A stretch of DNA of 64,000 bases. Source: Patescibacteria group bacterium (GTDB lineage: Bacteria > Patescibacteriota > Patescibacteriia > UBA1558 > GWA2-36-10). Each line of letters opens with the position of its first letter. Position 1 is the first letter of the stretch. Position numbers and translations under genes: made by a program. The stretch is from contig JBAYIQ010000002.1 in the NCBI GenBank assembly GCA_041665545.1, positions 66,369 through 130,368 on the forward strand, written 5' to 3'. The notes beneath the pieces were generated by a model that made no database searches, had not been told where the DNA came from, and saw nothing but the letters and a program-made list of their open reading frames with translations. Below are positions 51,134 to 60,909 of this stretch, piece after piece.

Positions 51134-52909
51134 TTATCTGGGCATGAACCCGCCAGCCGGAGCACCGCCACTAGCGCCAGAATTTTGCAGTATGCTCTTG
51201 CCGTTGGTACTAGTGGTTTTATCACTAGCCATGCTGGTTTTTACTATAACTACATCGCCTTCGTTTAAACCACTGTCGATTTCCGTCACACTGTCATCAC
51301 TCAAACCAACGGTGACTGATTTTTGAGTTGGTTGATTTTTTAAAGTCACAGCCATGCCAGAACTAATGACATCGTCCGCAATAGTCTCAGCTGGCACTTC
51401 AACATAATAATTATTAGCAACTGACTTCACGGCAGAATTATCAACTAACAAAGCATCAGATTTTAAATCAGTGATAATAGAAGCCGAGGCGGTCATACCG
51501 GGCTTTACTCTGTCGTCTTGAGTATCAAGAGCAATTTTAGCAGTATAGGTCACTACACCCTGACTAACTGTGCCTAAGGCATCCATTTCGGCTACTACAC
51601 CACTGATAGTCAACTCTTCTATGGCATCAAAAGTTAAGGTAGCTTTTTGTCCAATTTTCACGCTAGCGGCATCTACTTCATTCAAGGAAACTTCGACGAT
51701 GCTCTGTGTAGTAATTAATGTAGCCACTACTGTAGCGGTAGAAACTGCCTCACCTTTTTTGACAGCCACATCGGCAATGACACCGTCAAATGGTGCGCGA
51801 ATAGTATAGTCGGCTAGCTTTTCTCTCAGATCCGATAGGGCATTTTGTTTTTGCTGTACTGCTAGCTCTTGTGATTGCAAGTCCAAAGCATCGGTGCCAG
51901 CTTGCAAATTGGCTAGGGTTTCTTTTTTTTCTTCTGTGCTGCGTTCCGCTGTCACAATCGCATCTTTATCTGACTTTATACTGGCGCTAGCATTAAGCAA
52001 GCTAATCAGGTGCGTGTTGGTGGTGCCTGTATAGCCATCCAAACTGCTCAAATGAGTATTGGATATAGCCGACACATTCACATTGTGTTCGTTGGACTTG
52101 TCTTGATAAAACTGAACCAAGTTATTAGCATTTTTGATGGCTTCGGCAATATTTTTTGTTGTGTCATAAGTCTGCAAAATCAAGGACTCAATAGTGGCCT
52201 CGTCAGAAAAACGACTAGTGGCTTTATAGGAAGCAAAATTTTTATCGTAGAGAGAGCGCGCTTTTCGATAAGCATCACTTGCGTCATCCCGATACTGCTC
52301 AACCGACGAATCGTAATATTTAGTGTTATCAGTATAATAATCAATATTGTCTTGATTAACAGTTATTTCATTATCATACAAAACATTCTCTACTCCGGAA
52401 ATAATTTCTGGTAGAACCAAAAAAGCATTGGCTACATTATTAAAGCCATCTTCATAAGTTTTGGCCAAATCCTCTTCGGCCTTGAGCTTTGACTCTTGAG
52501 CAGTGGTTAGAGAATTTTCCGCCTGCATCAAGGACAAGGCCTCGCTTGGTTGTTGTAATTTTTGTAGAGATAACTTAGCACTAGCCAAATTAACTTCGGC
52601 ATCGCGTAAGCTTTTATAAACATCCGAGGCATCTACCTGGGCTATGACCTCACCACTCTTTACTATTTGGCCTTGAACCGCTGATAATCTTACTATCTCC
52701 CCACTGGCTTTTGGCACCAAGTCCACCTGGCTAGAGGCCGAAACTTGACCGCTACCAGAAACTGTTTTGATCAAAGAACCCTTGGTGACTTTGGCTAAAG
52801 TATAAGTAGCGATTACTTGCTTACTGGCTACTTTTTGCCAGACAAAATAAACAATTATTAATAAAATGACCAGAATGATCGCTCCCCCAATTTTTTTCTT
52901 TTTAGACAT
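51134..52909 (-). CDS. MacA-like efflux adaptor with long coiled coil
   Basis: IRAPFDGVI; VKPGMTA; VTVGLSDD. Confidence 0.9.
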   Translation of the reverse strand: MSKKKKIGGAIILVILLIIVYFVWQKVASKQVIATYTLAKVTKGSLIKTVSGSGQVSASSQVDLVPKASGEIVRLSAVQGQIVKSGEVIAQVDASDVYKSLRDAEVNLASAKLSLQKLQQPSEALSLMQAENSLTTAQESKLKAEEDLAKTYEDGFNNVANAFLVLPEIISGVENVLYDNEITVNQDNIDYYTDNTKYYDSSVEQYRDDASDAYRKARSLYDKNFASYKATSRFSDEATIESLILQTYDTTKNIAEAIKNANNLVQFYQDKSNEHNVNVSAISNTHLSSLDGYTGTTNTHLISLLNASASIKSDKDAIVTAERSTEEKKETLANLQAGTDALDLQSQELAVQQKQNALSDLREKLADYTIRAPFDGVIADVAVKKGEAVSTATVVATLITTQSIVEVSLNEVDAASVKIGQKATLTFDAIEELTISGVVAEMDALGTVSQGVVTYTAKIALDTQDDRVKPGMTASASIITDLKSDALLVDNSAVKSVANNYYVEVPAETIADDVISSGMAVTLKNQPTQKSVTVGLSDDSVTEIDSGLNEGDVVIVKTSMASDKTTSTNGKSILQNSGASGGAPAGGFMPR

Positions 52910-52959
52910 AAAATATATAAAAACTGATTTAAAACTAAAAATGGGTGTCTTATTACTAA

Positions 52960-52986
52960 TACGCTAAAAAGCTAAAAATTATTTCA
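52960..52986 (-). promoter_or_regulatory. ECF-type promoter TGAAAT-N17-CGTA
   Basis: Identical motif and spacing at 53533-53559 and 54860-54886. Confidence 0.8.
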
Positions 52987-53046
52987 AAATAAAACCGCCC
53001 CTCGACTTACGCTCGGGGCGATTTTATAAGGTGAATAGTGAAAAAA

Positions 53047-53475
53047 TTATTTAGCTTGATTCTCAGTATTAACTGCTGGCGCGCCTGCTCCTCTGGGTCC
53101 CATACCGCGGCCACCCATATGACCATTACCCATTGGACCAAACATACCTAGTTCATCAAAAATTGCTTTGGCTTCGTCAATCTTGCCAGCTTGCATCAAC
53201 TGATGAGCTTGAGACAATTTATTAAAGGTATCTTGATTGATCTTGGCTTCCAAGTCAGTGGCTTGCTGACGCATTTCAGTCACTCTAGTAGTCATGGCTG
53301 TCTGCCAAGCGCCATAATCATTATTGGTAATCGCTTGCTGCATTTGTTCACGATCATCGTTGATTTTGACATTTGTATCAGACTTACCACCAAAGGCGAA
53401 ACTGGTAGAAGCCACTACGGCTGTAGTTACCAATAGACCCAAGAAAGCTGCTAATAAATATTGTTTTTTCTCCAT
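53047..53475 (-). CDS. Secreted helical protein with Gly/Met-rich tail
   Basis: Signal peptide; ORF translation. Confidence 0.8.
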   Translation of the reverse strand: MEKKQYLLAAFLGLLVTTAVVASTSFAFGGKSDTNVKINDDREQMQQAITNNDYGAWQTAMTTRVTEMRQQATDLEAKINQDTFNKLSQAHQLMQAGKIDEAKAIFDELGMFGPMGNGHMGGRGMGPRGAGAPAVNTENQAK

Positions 53476-53532
53476 AATTTATTTATTTAATAATTAATTG
53501 GGAATCGGCCTAACTCCTCTTGCACTAGACTA

Positions 53533-53559
53533 TACGCACATCTTCAAAAAATTATTTCA
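53533..53559 (-). promoter_or_regulatory. ECF-type promoter TGAAAT-N17-CGTA
   Basis: Repeated motif. Confidence 0.8.
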
Positions 53560-53568
53560 AAAATAAAA

Positions 53569-54276
53569 TTAAGGCTGAAAAAACATTGGTGGTGGCGGTG
53601 GACCAGGATTCTTTAACCAGGGCTTAATACTCTCACAAATAAAATTATTGCCATCTTCCACCCTGCCAATCAACATCACTCTCTGACCAACTTGAAATTC
53701 AGCAGTACTGGTGCTAATAGTCCATGATCGACCCCTAAAATCTTCTATGGTTATAAAATCTGAATTCATGGAAATAATGACGCCAACCAGATGGCCTTTG
53801 TCGGGCTCTACTAGCATACGACCGCCCTGTCGAAACATTTGTTTATATAATGGTACCCGTCTAAAAAATGTATCTTCTAATTTTTGGCCCAAGCCCAAAG
53901 AATACATAGCCACACCCAAAGCGATGCTCAACACAACACTCCATGACACTATAATCAAAGGATGGTATTTGTAGCCACGCTTAGTATTTTTAAAATCATA
54001 CCAAGCTAAAAAACAAAATAGTAACAAGCTCAACAACCAAAACAAGGGCAAGTTTACCCACAGTCTCTTCAAGGGGCTGAAACCAGGAGCCATCTCCACC
54101 CAGGTAACGTGTTTAAAAACAAAAATAGTAGCCGAAGAAGCCAAGCCGCCTAAAATAATGGCTAAAGCAAAGGCCAACCATAAAAAATAATTTTTAAACA
54201 AAAATTCCCAGCGTTTTTTGGGCTGTATTTTTTGCTCTTTTATCTTATCCAAAATTTCTTGACCAGAATGTTCCAT
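53569..54276 (-). CDS. Membrane protein, candidate anti-sigma factor
   Basis: Three TMs, directly downstream of ECF sigma. Confidence 0.7.
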   Translation of the reverse strand: MEHSGQEILDKIKEQKIQPKKRWEFLFKNYFLWLAFALAIILGGLASSATIFVFKHVTWVEMAPGFSPLKRLWVNLPLFWLLSLLLFCFLAWYDFKNTKRGYKYHPLIIVSWSVVLSIALGVAMYSLGLGQKLEDTFFRRVPLYKQMFRQGGRMLVEPDKGHLVGVIISMNSDFITIEDFRGRSWTISTSTAEFQVGQRVMLIGRVEDGNNFICESIKPWLKNPGPPPPPMFFQP

Positions 54277-54280
54277 ATAT

Positions 54281-54850
54281 TTATTGTCTAAATTCTTTTT
54301 GTAATTCTATTTTACCGCGACGCAACAAAGTACCAACCGTGCTAACTGGTTTTTTGATAATATCAGAAATTTCTTCATAAGATCTATCCTCCAGGTATTT
54401 CAAAATTACCACTTCTCGATACTTACTATCTAGCTTGGCCAAAATTTTAGCCATTTTTTCTCTCAGCAGGGCTTGATCAAGATTTTGATTAATATCAAAA
54501 TCGCTAACTAATTGTTCACAGCTCTCTAAATCAAAATCAAATAAAGATGTTTGTGGACGGCTTTTATTTTTACGATAATTGCTAATCACCTGATTGCGAG
54601 TAATGCGATAAAGCCAAGAAGAAAATTTTAAACTTTTATCAAAATCATTCAAATTTTGGTAGACCTTGATAAAAACTTCCTGTAGCAAATCCTGGGCGTC
54701 ATCATGATTTAAGCCAGATATTCTTTGGATAAAACGGAGCAATTTTTTTTCATAGCGATTCATTAAATACAAAAAATTCTCTTGATCCAACAAGGTAAGG
54801 TTTACCAGCTCCAAGTCGCTTTTGTCTGCTAAATCATCATTAAGCACCAT
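54281..54850 (-). CDS. ECF RNA polymerase sigma factor
   Basis: DAQDLLQEVFIKVY, FSSWLYRI, SYEEISDI..TVGTLLRR. Confidence 0.95.
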   Translation of the reverse strand: MVLNDDLADKSDLELVNLTLLDQENFLYLMNRYEKKLLRFIQRISGLNHDDAQDLLQEVFIKVYQNLNDFDKSLKFSSWLYRITRNQVISNYRKNKSRPQTSLFDFDLESCEQLVSDFDINQNLDQALLREKMAKILAKLDSKYREVVILKYLEDRSYEEISDIIKKPVSTVGTLLRRGKIELQKEFRQ

Positions 54851-54859
54851 ATATATTAC

Positions 54860-54886
54860 TACGCCAATATTAAACTATTTATTTCA
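54860..54886 (-). promoter_or_regulatory. ECF-type (likely autoregulatory) promoter TGAAAT-N17-CGTA
   Basis: -10 element lies ~10 nt before the sigma ATG. Confidence 0.8.
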
Positions 54887-55037
54887 AAAATCTTTATAAG
54901 CATAACAAAAATAAAGACTAATGCAAAATAAGCTTATTGGTTGACAAAATCCATAAATTAAAGTTAGATAGGGACGAAAGTCCAAGATGGGAAAATCAGG
55001 GGCACCTGTCCTTCACAATCATCTAGGAGGCACTGTC

Positions 55038-56105
55038 ATGGCTAAGTCCGAACAAATCATGCTGTTTTGTGGTCGTGGTGATACCAATCACTTGGCTGCA
55101 GACATCATCAATGTGGTCAACAACCGTCGCATTGGTGAATCTCGACTAGAGCTCGATCACACTGACTTTGAACACTTTCCCGATGGTGAGCCGGATTTCG
55201 CTTTTGAAAAATGGCACAAAATTCGCGGCAAAGACGCTGTCCTCTTCGTCAGCACCCACAGCCTGGAACTGGTCTTGGAGGCCTTGATTCTCATTTACGC
55301 TATCAAGAAAAGGTACGGGGCCAAGAGCTTGACCGTAGTCCAACCCTTCATGGCCTTTCGACGCCAAGATCATCCGGAAATCAATGAAGAGTTTCACCTG
55401 AACTACTGGTTTATCTATAACCTAAAGGCCAATGGTGCGGATCGTCTGATACTCTGCGACGTTCACTCCGAAGAGACACGGCAAAACTGCGAATTGGTCG
55501 GCCTGGAATATCATCATGTCAAGCCGACGCCGCTCTATGCTGCGGCTCTGCGAGAACCGATCGCTCAGGCTAGCGAACTCGGCAAGCAAACCAAGGTCCT
55601 GTCGGCAGACATGGGCTCCCTGCTCCGCACCATTGCTCTGGCCAAGATCTTGAAATTGCCGGTACTTTTGTCCTTGAAAAAAAGGAAGGAAACTGGCAAC
55701 ATTGTCACCAATGTTCCGCCCACACCTGCCCATCTGGAAATGATCACCAAGATGGAAGCGGAGCACGACATCAAGATCGAACTTATGAGCGAAGAGGCCG
55801 TCAAGGATGTCTATATCATCATCCGTGAGGACGAACTCGACACCGCTGGCACGGCCTCTGACACCTGCCGTGACCTCTTGCAAGCTCACGCTTACCGAGT
55901 CGATCTAGTAGTGACGCACATGAAGTGCTCACCCGGCTGGAAACGCAAAGCCGGCCGTCGGAAAAACTGCCCCTTCACCCAAGTCATAGCTGGTGACACC
56001 ATCTACCGTGGCAGCTACGAAAACCGCACTGGCGGCATAATCCAACACGTCAGTGTGGCCCCGGTCATCGCCGAGAAGCTGACTGAAATCCTAGACGCTC
56101 TGTGA
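55038..56105 (+). CDS. Divergent ribose-phosphate pyrophosphokinase-like protein (GC-richer, SD-led)
   Basis: FPDGE, PFMAFRRQD, DVHS, SADMGS, EDELDTAGT; AGGAGG SD. Confidence 0.85.
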   Translation: MAKSEQIMLFCGRGDTNHLAADIINVVNNRRIGESRLELDHTDFEHFPDGEPDFAFEKWHKIRGKDAVLFVSTHSLELVLEALILIYAIKKRYGAKSLTVVQPFMAFRRQDHPEINEEFHLNYWFIYNLKANGADRLILCDVHSEETRQNCELVGLEYHHVKPTPLYAAALREPIAQASELGKQTKVLSADMGSLLRTIALAKILKLPVLLSLKKRKETGNIVTNVPPTPAHLEMITKMEAEHDIKIELMSEEAVKDVYIIIREDELDTAGTASDTCRDLLQAHAYRVDLVVTHMKCSPGWKRKAGRRKNCPFTQVIAGDTIYRGSYENRTGGIIQHVSVAPVIAEKLTEILDAL

Positions 56106-56183
56106 CCTCAATGGTCACAACACAAAACCCCCAGCGAGCAAGCTCGCTGGGGGTTAAATATTTGGAAATATTATAAGCAAAAA

Positions 56184-57113
56184 CTACAACCAATTTTTTT
56201 TATAAAAAACAAACATAAAAATACCAACCGCAATAAAAGATATACCCAAAACATAAACAAAGGCTAGCGGGTGAGTGGCAAAAGGCAAAGTCACGTTCAT
56301 GCCAAACAAACTAGCAACAATGGTGGGGATAGTCATGATAATAGTAAAAGCAGTCAAAAATTGAATAGTTCTGTTTAATTTATTGGTAAACAAAATTTGG
56401 TAAGAATCGCGCAAACTCTTGATGCTCTTCAAATTGACTTGGCAAATCTCAGCTGACTGTCTAATACTGATAATCATGTCATTCAGCAAATCATTGTCCT
56501 CTTCTTCCAAGTGAAAATAATTGCCAGCCACAATGTTTTCAAAAACACCGCGCACTGGAAGCAGGGCAGAAATATATTGGTTTAACAAATCTTCATATTT
56601 AATGAGTTCATTAATATCGGAGTCTTTGATGTTTTCTATTTTTTTCTTTTGGGAAGCAACCAGGTTATTGACTTCGCGAACTCTCAAAGTAAAGCGCTGA
56701 GAAATTTTTAAAAAAATATAAATTAACAACTTAGCTTTTTGGGTAGTAGCAATGGCTAAACTATTTTTCAAAATATCCTTGATAACTTTATCTTCAAATA
56801 AAGCCAAGCTGATAAAATATTTTTCTGTGACAATAAAAGTCAATGGCGTAGTGTGAATTATTTCTTTGTCATCAATCTGCTCTCTGGGAATCCGCACAAA
56901 AAATAACAAGGTCTTTTCTTGCCTTTCAATACGCGGTAATTCATGCAAATCCAAAACGTCCTGCAAATCCAACAAATCCAAATCCGTCATGCTGGCTAAT
57001 TTTTCTAAGTCGTCATGCTCCAAATGGCTAGCATTAATCCAGACACCATCTCTGACTTGGTCTATATTCTCTAGACGATTGCCCTTTTCATTTTTAAAAT
57101 AAATATTTAACAT
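56184..57113 (-). CDS. CorA family Mg2+ transporter
   Basis: PTIVASLFGMNV; KKNWL. Confidence 0.93.
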   Translation of the reverse strand: MLNIYFKNEKGNRLENIDQVRDGVWINASHLEHDDLEKLASMTDLDLLDLQDVLDLHELPRIERQEKTLLFFVRIPREQIDDKEIIHTTPLTFIVTEKYFISLALFEDKVIKDILKNSLAIATTQKAKLLIYIFLKISQRFTLRVREVNNLVASQKKKIENIKDSDINELIKYEDLLNQYISALLPVRGVFENIVAGNYFHLEEEDNDLLNDMIISIRQSAEICQVNLKSIKSLRDSYQILFTNKLNRTIQFLTAFTIIMTIPTIVASLFGMNVTLPFATHPLAFVYVLGISFIAVGIFMFVFYKKNWL

Positions 57114-57148
57114 AAAAGCATTATAGCAAAAAATATCTCACAATGATA

Positions 57149-58660
57149 TTAAAATTTAAAAATTGTCTGCTCCCTGTCAGGACCGACCGAAATAATATCT
57201 ATTTTTCCGCCAGTGTACTGCTCGACAAACTCAACTATCGTTTTGATGGCTTGGGGTAAATCATTATAATCCTCTATTTTGGAAATAGCTGTCTGCCAGC
57301 CGTCAAACTCTTTATAAATCGGCTCACAATTATACAAAATTTCTGAAAAACGCGGGAAAAAATCTATTTCTTGATTAGTTTTTAATTCACTACCGGCATA
57401 AAAAATATTTGGTCCAATATATTTGTAAGCCACAGCTAATTTAATTTTTTTGAACTTGTCCAAAACATCAACCTTGGTCAAGGTTAAACTGCCACCATTA
57501 TACTGCATAGCATATTTTAAAGCTACCAAATCCAGCCAGCCATTACGGCGAGTGCGACCAGTAGTGGCTCCGTATTCATCGCCTAGCAAGCGTACAGCAA
57601 TTCCTAAATTAAACTGATCGTCAGCCTGTAAATATTCATCAACCTTACTAGCATGCTCAGCTTTTTCTTGCTCACGAGTTATGCCTTGTTCGCAATATTT
57701 TTCACTCTGCAAGCCACCAAACTCCGTAGGGAAAGGTCCATGGCCGACTCTGGTCATATAAAAAGCTTTGGCAATACCAAAAACATGATCCACCCGAGCT
57801 TCTTTCAAACCAGCTCCCTTGGCTAGACCAGCTATAGTGCAGTCAGAAGAAGTCTGATATTTGGTGGTGCCATGATCAATGCTCAGCAGTGTGCCCTGAG
57901 CACCTTCTAATAGAATCTTTTTCTTAGCAACAAATGCTTCTCGAACAAAACTTTCTAAATCTATAATATAGGGCTTTAGCTTGTTGGCAAAATCGCCAGT
58001 GTATTTGGCCACAATGGCTTCGACATCCAAAATTGTTTCTGGACTAAAATATATCCCCCCACCCAAATGCGGATGAGCCAAAACTTCTTTAGCCACATCT
58101 TTATCTAAACCAGCTAAAATATTTTTTTTGCCTTCTAAATATTTAATCAATTTTTCTCTAAACAAATCTTTATTAAAAATATCATTGAGAAATAAAGAGT
58201 GCCGAGCAGTATAGTCAGTATAGAGCGGACCTATGCCTCGACCAGTGGTGCCAATCTGTTGTGATTTGTCGCTAATCCTGTCTATCAAAATATGATAAGG
58301 CAAAACTAGCGGAGCTTGGTGGCTGATTTTAAAATTTTTGACATCAATTCCGGCAACATGCAAAATGTCCAATTCATCAATGACCGCTTGCGGATCAAAA
58401 GCCACACCTCGACCAATAACATTTATCTTGCCGTCTACATCATGCAAAATACCAGAAGGCAAAAGATGAAAAATGTGTTTTTGGTCTTTGACTACTATGG
58501 TGTGCCCGGCATTGGCGCCACCAGTGCCACGGATAATAATATCCGCCCAGGTGGAAAGCAGGTCAACAAATTTGCCTTTGCCCGTATCACCCCACTGATT
58601 GCAAACCACGGCTACGCATTGTTTGTCTTGCAAAAATCTGTCTAATAAATCTTGACGCAT
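57149..58660 (-). CDS. purA: Adenylosuccinate synthetase
   Basis: QWGDTGKGK, GGANAGHT, GTTGRGIGP, EGAQG, EYGATTGR. Confidence 0.96.
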   Translation of the reverse strand: MRQDLLDRFLQDKQCVAVVCNQWGDTGKGKFVDLLSTWADIIIRGTGGANAGHTIVVKDQKHIFHLLPSGILHDVDGKINVIGRGVAFDPQAVIDELDILHVAGIDVKNFKISHQAPLVLPYHILIDRISDKSQQIGTTGRGIGPLYTDYTARHSLFLNDIFNKDLFREKLIKYLEGKKNILAGLDKDVAKEVLAHPHLGGGIYFSPETILDVEAIVAKYTGDFANKLKPYIIDLESFVREAFVAKKKILLEGAQGTLLSIDHGTTKYQTSSDCTIAGLAKGAGLKEARVDHVFGIAKAFYMTRVGHGPFPTEFGGLQSEKYCEQGITREQEKAEHASKVDEYLQADDQFNLGIAVRLLGDEYGATTGRTRRNGWLDLVALKYAMQYNGGSLTLTKVDVLDKFKKIKLAVAYKYIGPNIFYAGSELKTNQEIDFFPRFSEILYNCEPIYKEFDGWQTAISKIEDYNDLPQAIKTIVEFVEQYTGGKIDIISVGPDREQTIFKF

Positions 58661-58673
58661 ATTTTTATAAAAA

Positions 58674-59069
58674 TTATGACTTAAAAACAAAGTCCAACAA
58701 AATGCCAGCGATCAAGGCCAGACCAGATAGAATAAAAATAAAATAATTATTCCATTTTTCTTTGGAAGACACTAAGGTGTCCAAAATATAAGCCAAGGCC
58801 TTGTGATCAGCTTCATTTAATTTTTCCGGCTGATCCAATTTTTCACGTAATCTATGTTCTATAATAACCCGCGAACGTTTTTTTGATATATCAAAACGAT
58901 GAATATAATAAACTATAAAGCCAATAGTACCAATATACCAAGATATCTTGACCCAAGTATTGCTATAAAAATTCAGCACAATAATAACCCGATAAGCAAA
59001 AGTAGCGATAATACCCACCCAAAAATAAAACAAACGAATTGACTTAGAGTGAACTTTTATATCTTCCAT
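58674..59069 (-). CDS. Hypothetical membrane protein
   Basis: Three TMs. Confidence 0.75.
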   Translation of the reverse strand: MEDIKVHSKSIRLFYFWVGIIATFAYRVIIVLNFYSNTWVKISWYIGTIGFIVYYIHRFDISKKRSRVIIEHRLREKLDQPEKLNEADHKALAYILDTLVSSKEKWNNYFIFILSGLALIAGILLDFVFKS

Positions 59070-59171
59070 ATTTTTTATTCAATAATAATCACCCAATCAG
59101 TATAACAAAAAATCGCCAAATCGGCGATTCTAGTCTAAAAAATAATCATTTGATTGACGAAAAAATTATAG

Positions 59172-59297
59172 CTAACCTTTTCTATGCCTTTTGGCGGCTT
59201 TGGCCTCGAGCATTAGTCTTTTTATCTCCAATCTTTTTGGGGTTTTCTTGGAGCGTGATTTTTGCCTATCTGTTCCCACAGCAATTCTATGTGCCAT
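59172..59297 (-). CDS. 41-aa highly basic small protein
   Basis: MAHRIAVGTDRQKSRSKKTPKRLEIKRLMLEAKAAKRHRKG; AT-rich leader and downstream hairpin. Confidence 0.6.
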   Translation of the reverse strand: MAHRIAVGTDRQKSRSKKTPKRLEIKRLMLEAKAAKRHRKG

Positions 59298-59355
59298 ATA
59301 AGTTATTTTTATAAATTATAAATATCAGCTATTATAGCTGTTTATCAGAATAAAA

Positions 59356-60168
59356 TCAATCCCTTTGTTCGGATTCAGAGGAGTTATTTTTATAGTTTGA
59401 TTCATTATTGGAATTTATCCTATCTTGACCACTTTCTGATCTATTTTCTTTATTATTTTTATTTACCGGTTTAATCGTTTCTTCTTTGTCACCGTCATCT
59501 TCATCCAATTGTTCATTATATTTATCAATAGCTTTTTTGGCTTCTCTGATCTTATCCATCACCTCTTCATCCTGATTCTCCTGAGCAATATTTCCAATAT
59601 TATCTAGATATTGCATAATATCTTTATTTTTTTTCTTGATAGACTCCTTGGCTTTTTTAGCATTTTTTGTGTTAACTATTTTTTGCGAAGTCTTGATGGC
59701 TGAGTCAACATTATCAACCGCCTCGCTGATTGTTTGCTTGATGTTGTTGCTAACAACCGCATTTTCATCAGTAGTGTGCCCTTTGGAATCTTCCTGGGAT
59801 AAATTTAACGCTTCTTTAAGCCGTCTTTCTGAAAATTTACCCAGAGTATCAACCTGAGAGGTTTTGGTAAGAGAAAGTTGTTGTTCAACATTTTCAATGG
59901 TCTTTTTTAACGGGTAAAAACTATGCCCCGGCGTGATATTATCATTATTGACCGCATAAACTACCGTGCTACCCAAAACCACAAAGACCAGCAAGGCAAC
60001 AAGTGAAACCTTAGTCATCAAAGAATGCGGGTGAAAAAATGTCTGACCAAATTTTTGTAAATTTTTAGTAAAAATAAATAGACGGATTTTAAACTTTATT
60101 TTAAAATCAGCTGTTTTGCTAAGCTCAGATTTTGGTAATCTGGATAATTGTTTTTCTAAATCTTCCAT
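59356..60168 (-). CDS. DUF5667-like membrane protein, candidate anti-sigma
   Basis: TPGHSFYPLKK..E; SERRLKEA; downstream of ECF sigma. Confidence 0.75.
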   Translation of the reverse strand: MEDLEKQLSRLPKSELSKTADFKIKFKIRLFIFTKNLQKFGQTFFHPHSLMTKVSLVALLVFVVLGSTVVYAVNNDNITPGHSFYPLKKTIENVEQQLSLTKTSQVDTLGKFSERRLKEALNLSQEDSKGHTTDENAVVSNNIKQTISEAVDNVDSAIKTSQKIVNTKNAKKAKESIKKKNKDIMQYLDNIGNIAQENQDEEVMDKIREAKKAIDKYNEQLDEDDGDKEETIKPVNKNNKENRSESGQDRINSNNESNYKNNSSESEQRD

Positions 60169-60175
60169 ATTATTT

Positions 60176-60283
60176 AGCCCGTTAGAAATTTAATATATAT
60201 TTTATACACATTTTGCGAATAAATTTGTTCACTAATTTTATTCTCCCCACAGACCCAAGCTATAATCAATTTCTAACTGGGCT
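60176..60283. mobile_element. MITE-like element overlapping the sigma stop codon
   Basis: AGCCCGTTAGAAATT ... AATTTCTAACTGGGCT. Confidence 0.6.
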
Positions 60284-60767
60284 TGTCTAATATTTCTCTT
60301 AATTTGGCCAGTGCCCGACTCATCTTGGTGCGAATTGCTCCCTCATCTTTTTCCAGTAAACTAGCAATTTCTGAATTGGACAGCTCATCCACAAAGCGTA
60401 AAAGTAATATCTCCCTGTCACTATCAATCATTTTTTTTATGGCCCCAAGCACTCGCTCCAATTCTTGTTTTTGGTCTATTCGATCCAATTCGTGTTGGGT
60501 CACAAATTGATTTTCCAGTAGTTCAGTTTCTCGGTTGGCTACTCGATAGTGATTCACTAAATGATTGTGAGCAATAGCATAAATCCATGATTGGAATGAT
60601 CTTGTTTGTTCAAAGGTGTCAAAATTTTTCAAGGCCTTCAAGAAAACCTCAGAGGTCAGATCCTCAGCCACCGCGCGGTTAAAATTAACCCGATACAAAA
60701 AATAGACAAAAATCTTATTTTTATATTGTTCATAATAGCCAATAAAGCTATTTTGCGGCTCTCCCAT
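60273..60767 (-). CDS. ECF RNA polymerase sigma factor
   Basis: AEDLTSEVFLKA, FQSWIYAIAHN, SNSEIA..GAIRTKMSRA. Confidence 0.95.
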   Translation of the reverse strand: MGEPQNSFIGYYEQYKNKIFVYFLYRVNFNRAVAEDLTSEVFLKALKNFDTFEQTRSFQSWIYAIAHNHLVNHYRVANRETELLENQFVTQHELDRIDQKQELERVLGAIKKMIDSDREILLLRFVDELSNSEIASLLEKDEGAIRTKMSRALAKLREILDKPS

Positions 60768-60909
60768 AAATATTATACAAATAAATAGACAAAATGTATC
60801 ACTATTCAAAAACATTACAACAAACCCCTTACTTTGTCTATACGGTGTAACAAAACTTTAATGGCTTTGTATTAATTTATATAGCGCTAATTATTAAACA
60901 AAAAAACTT

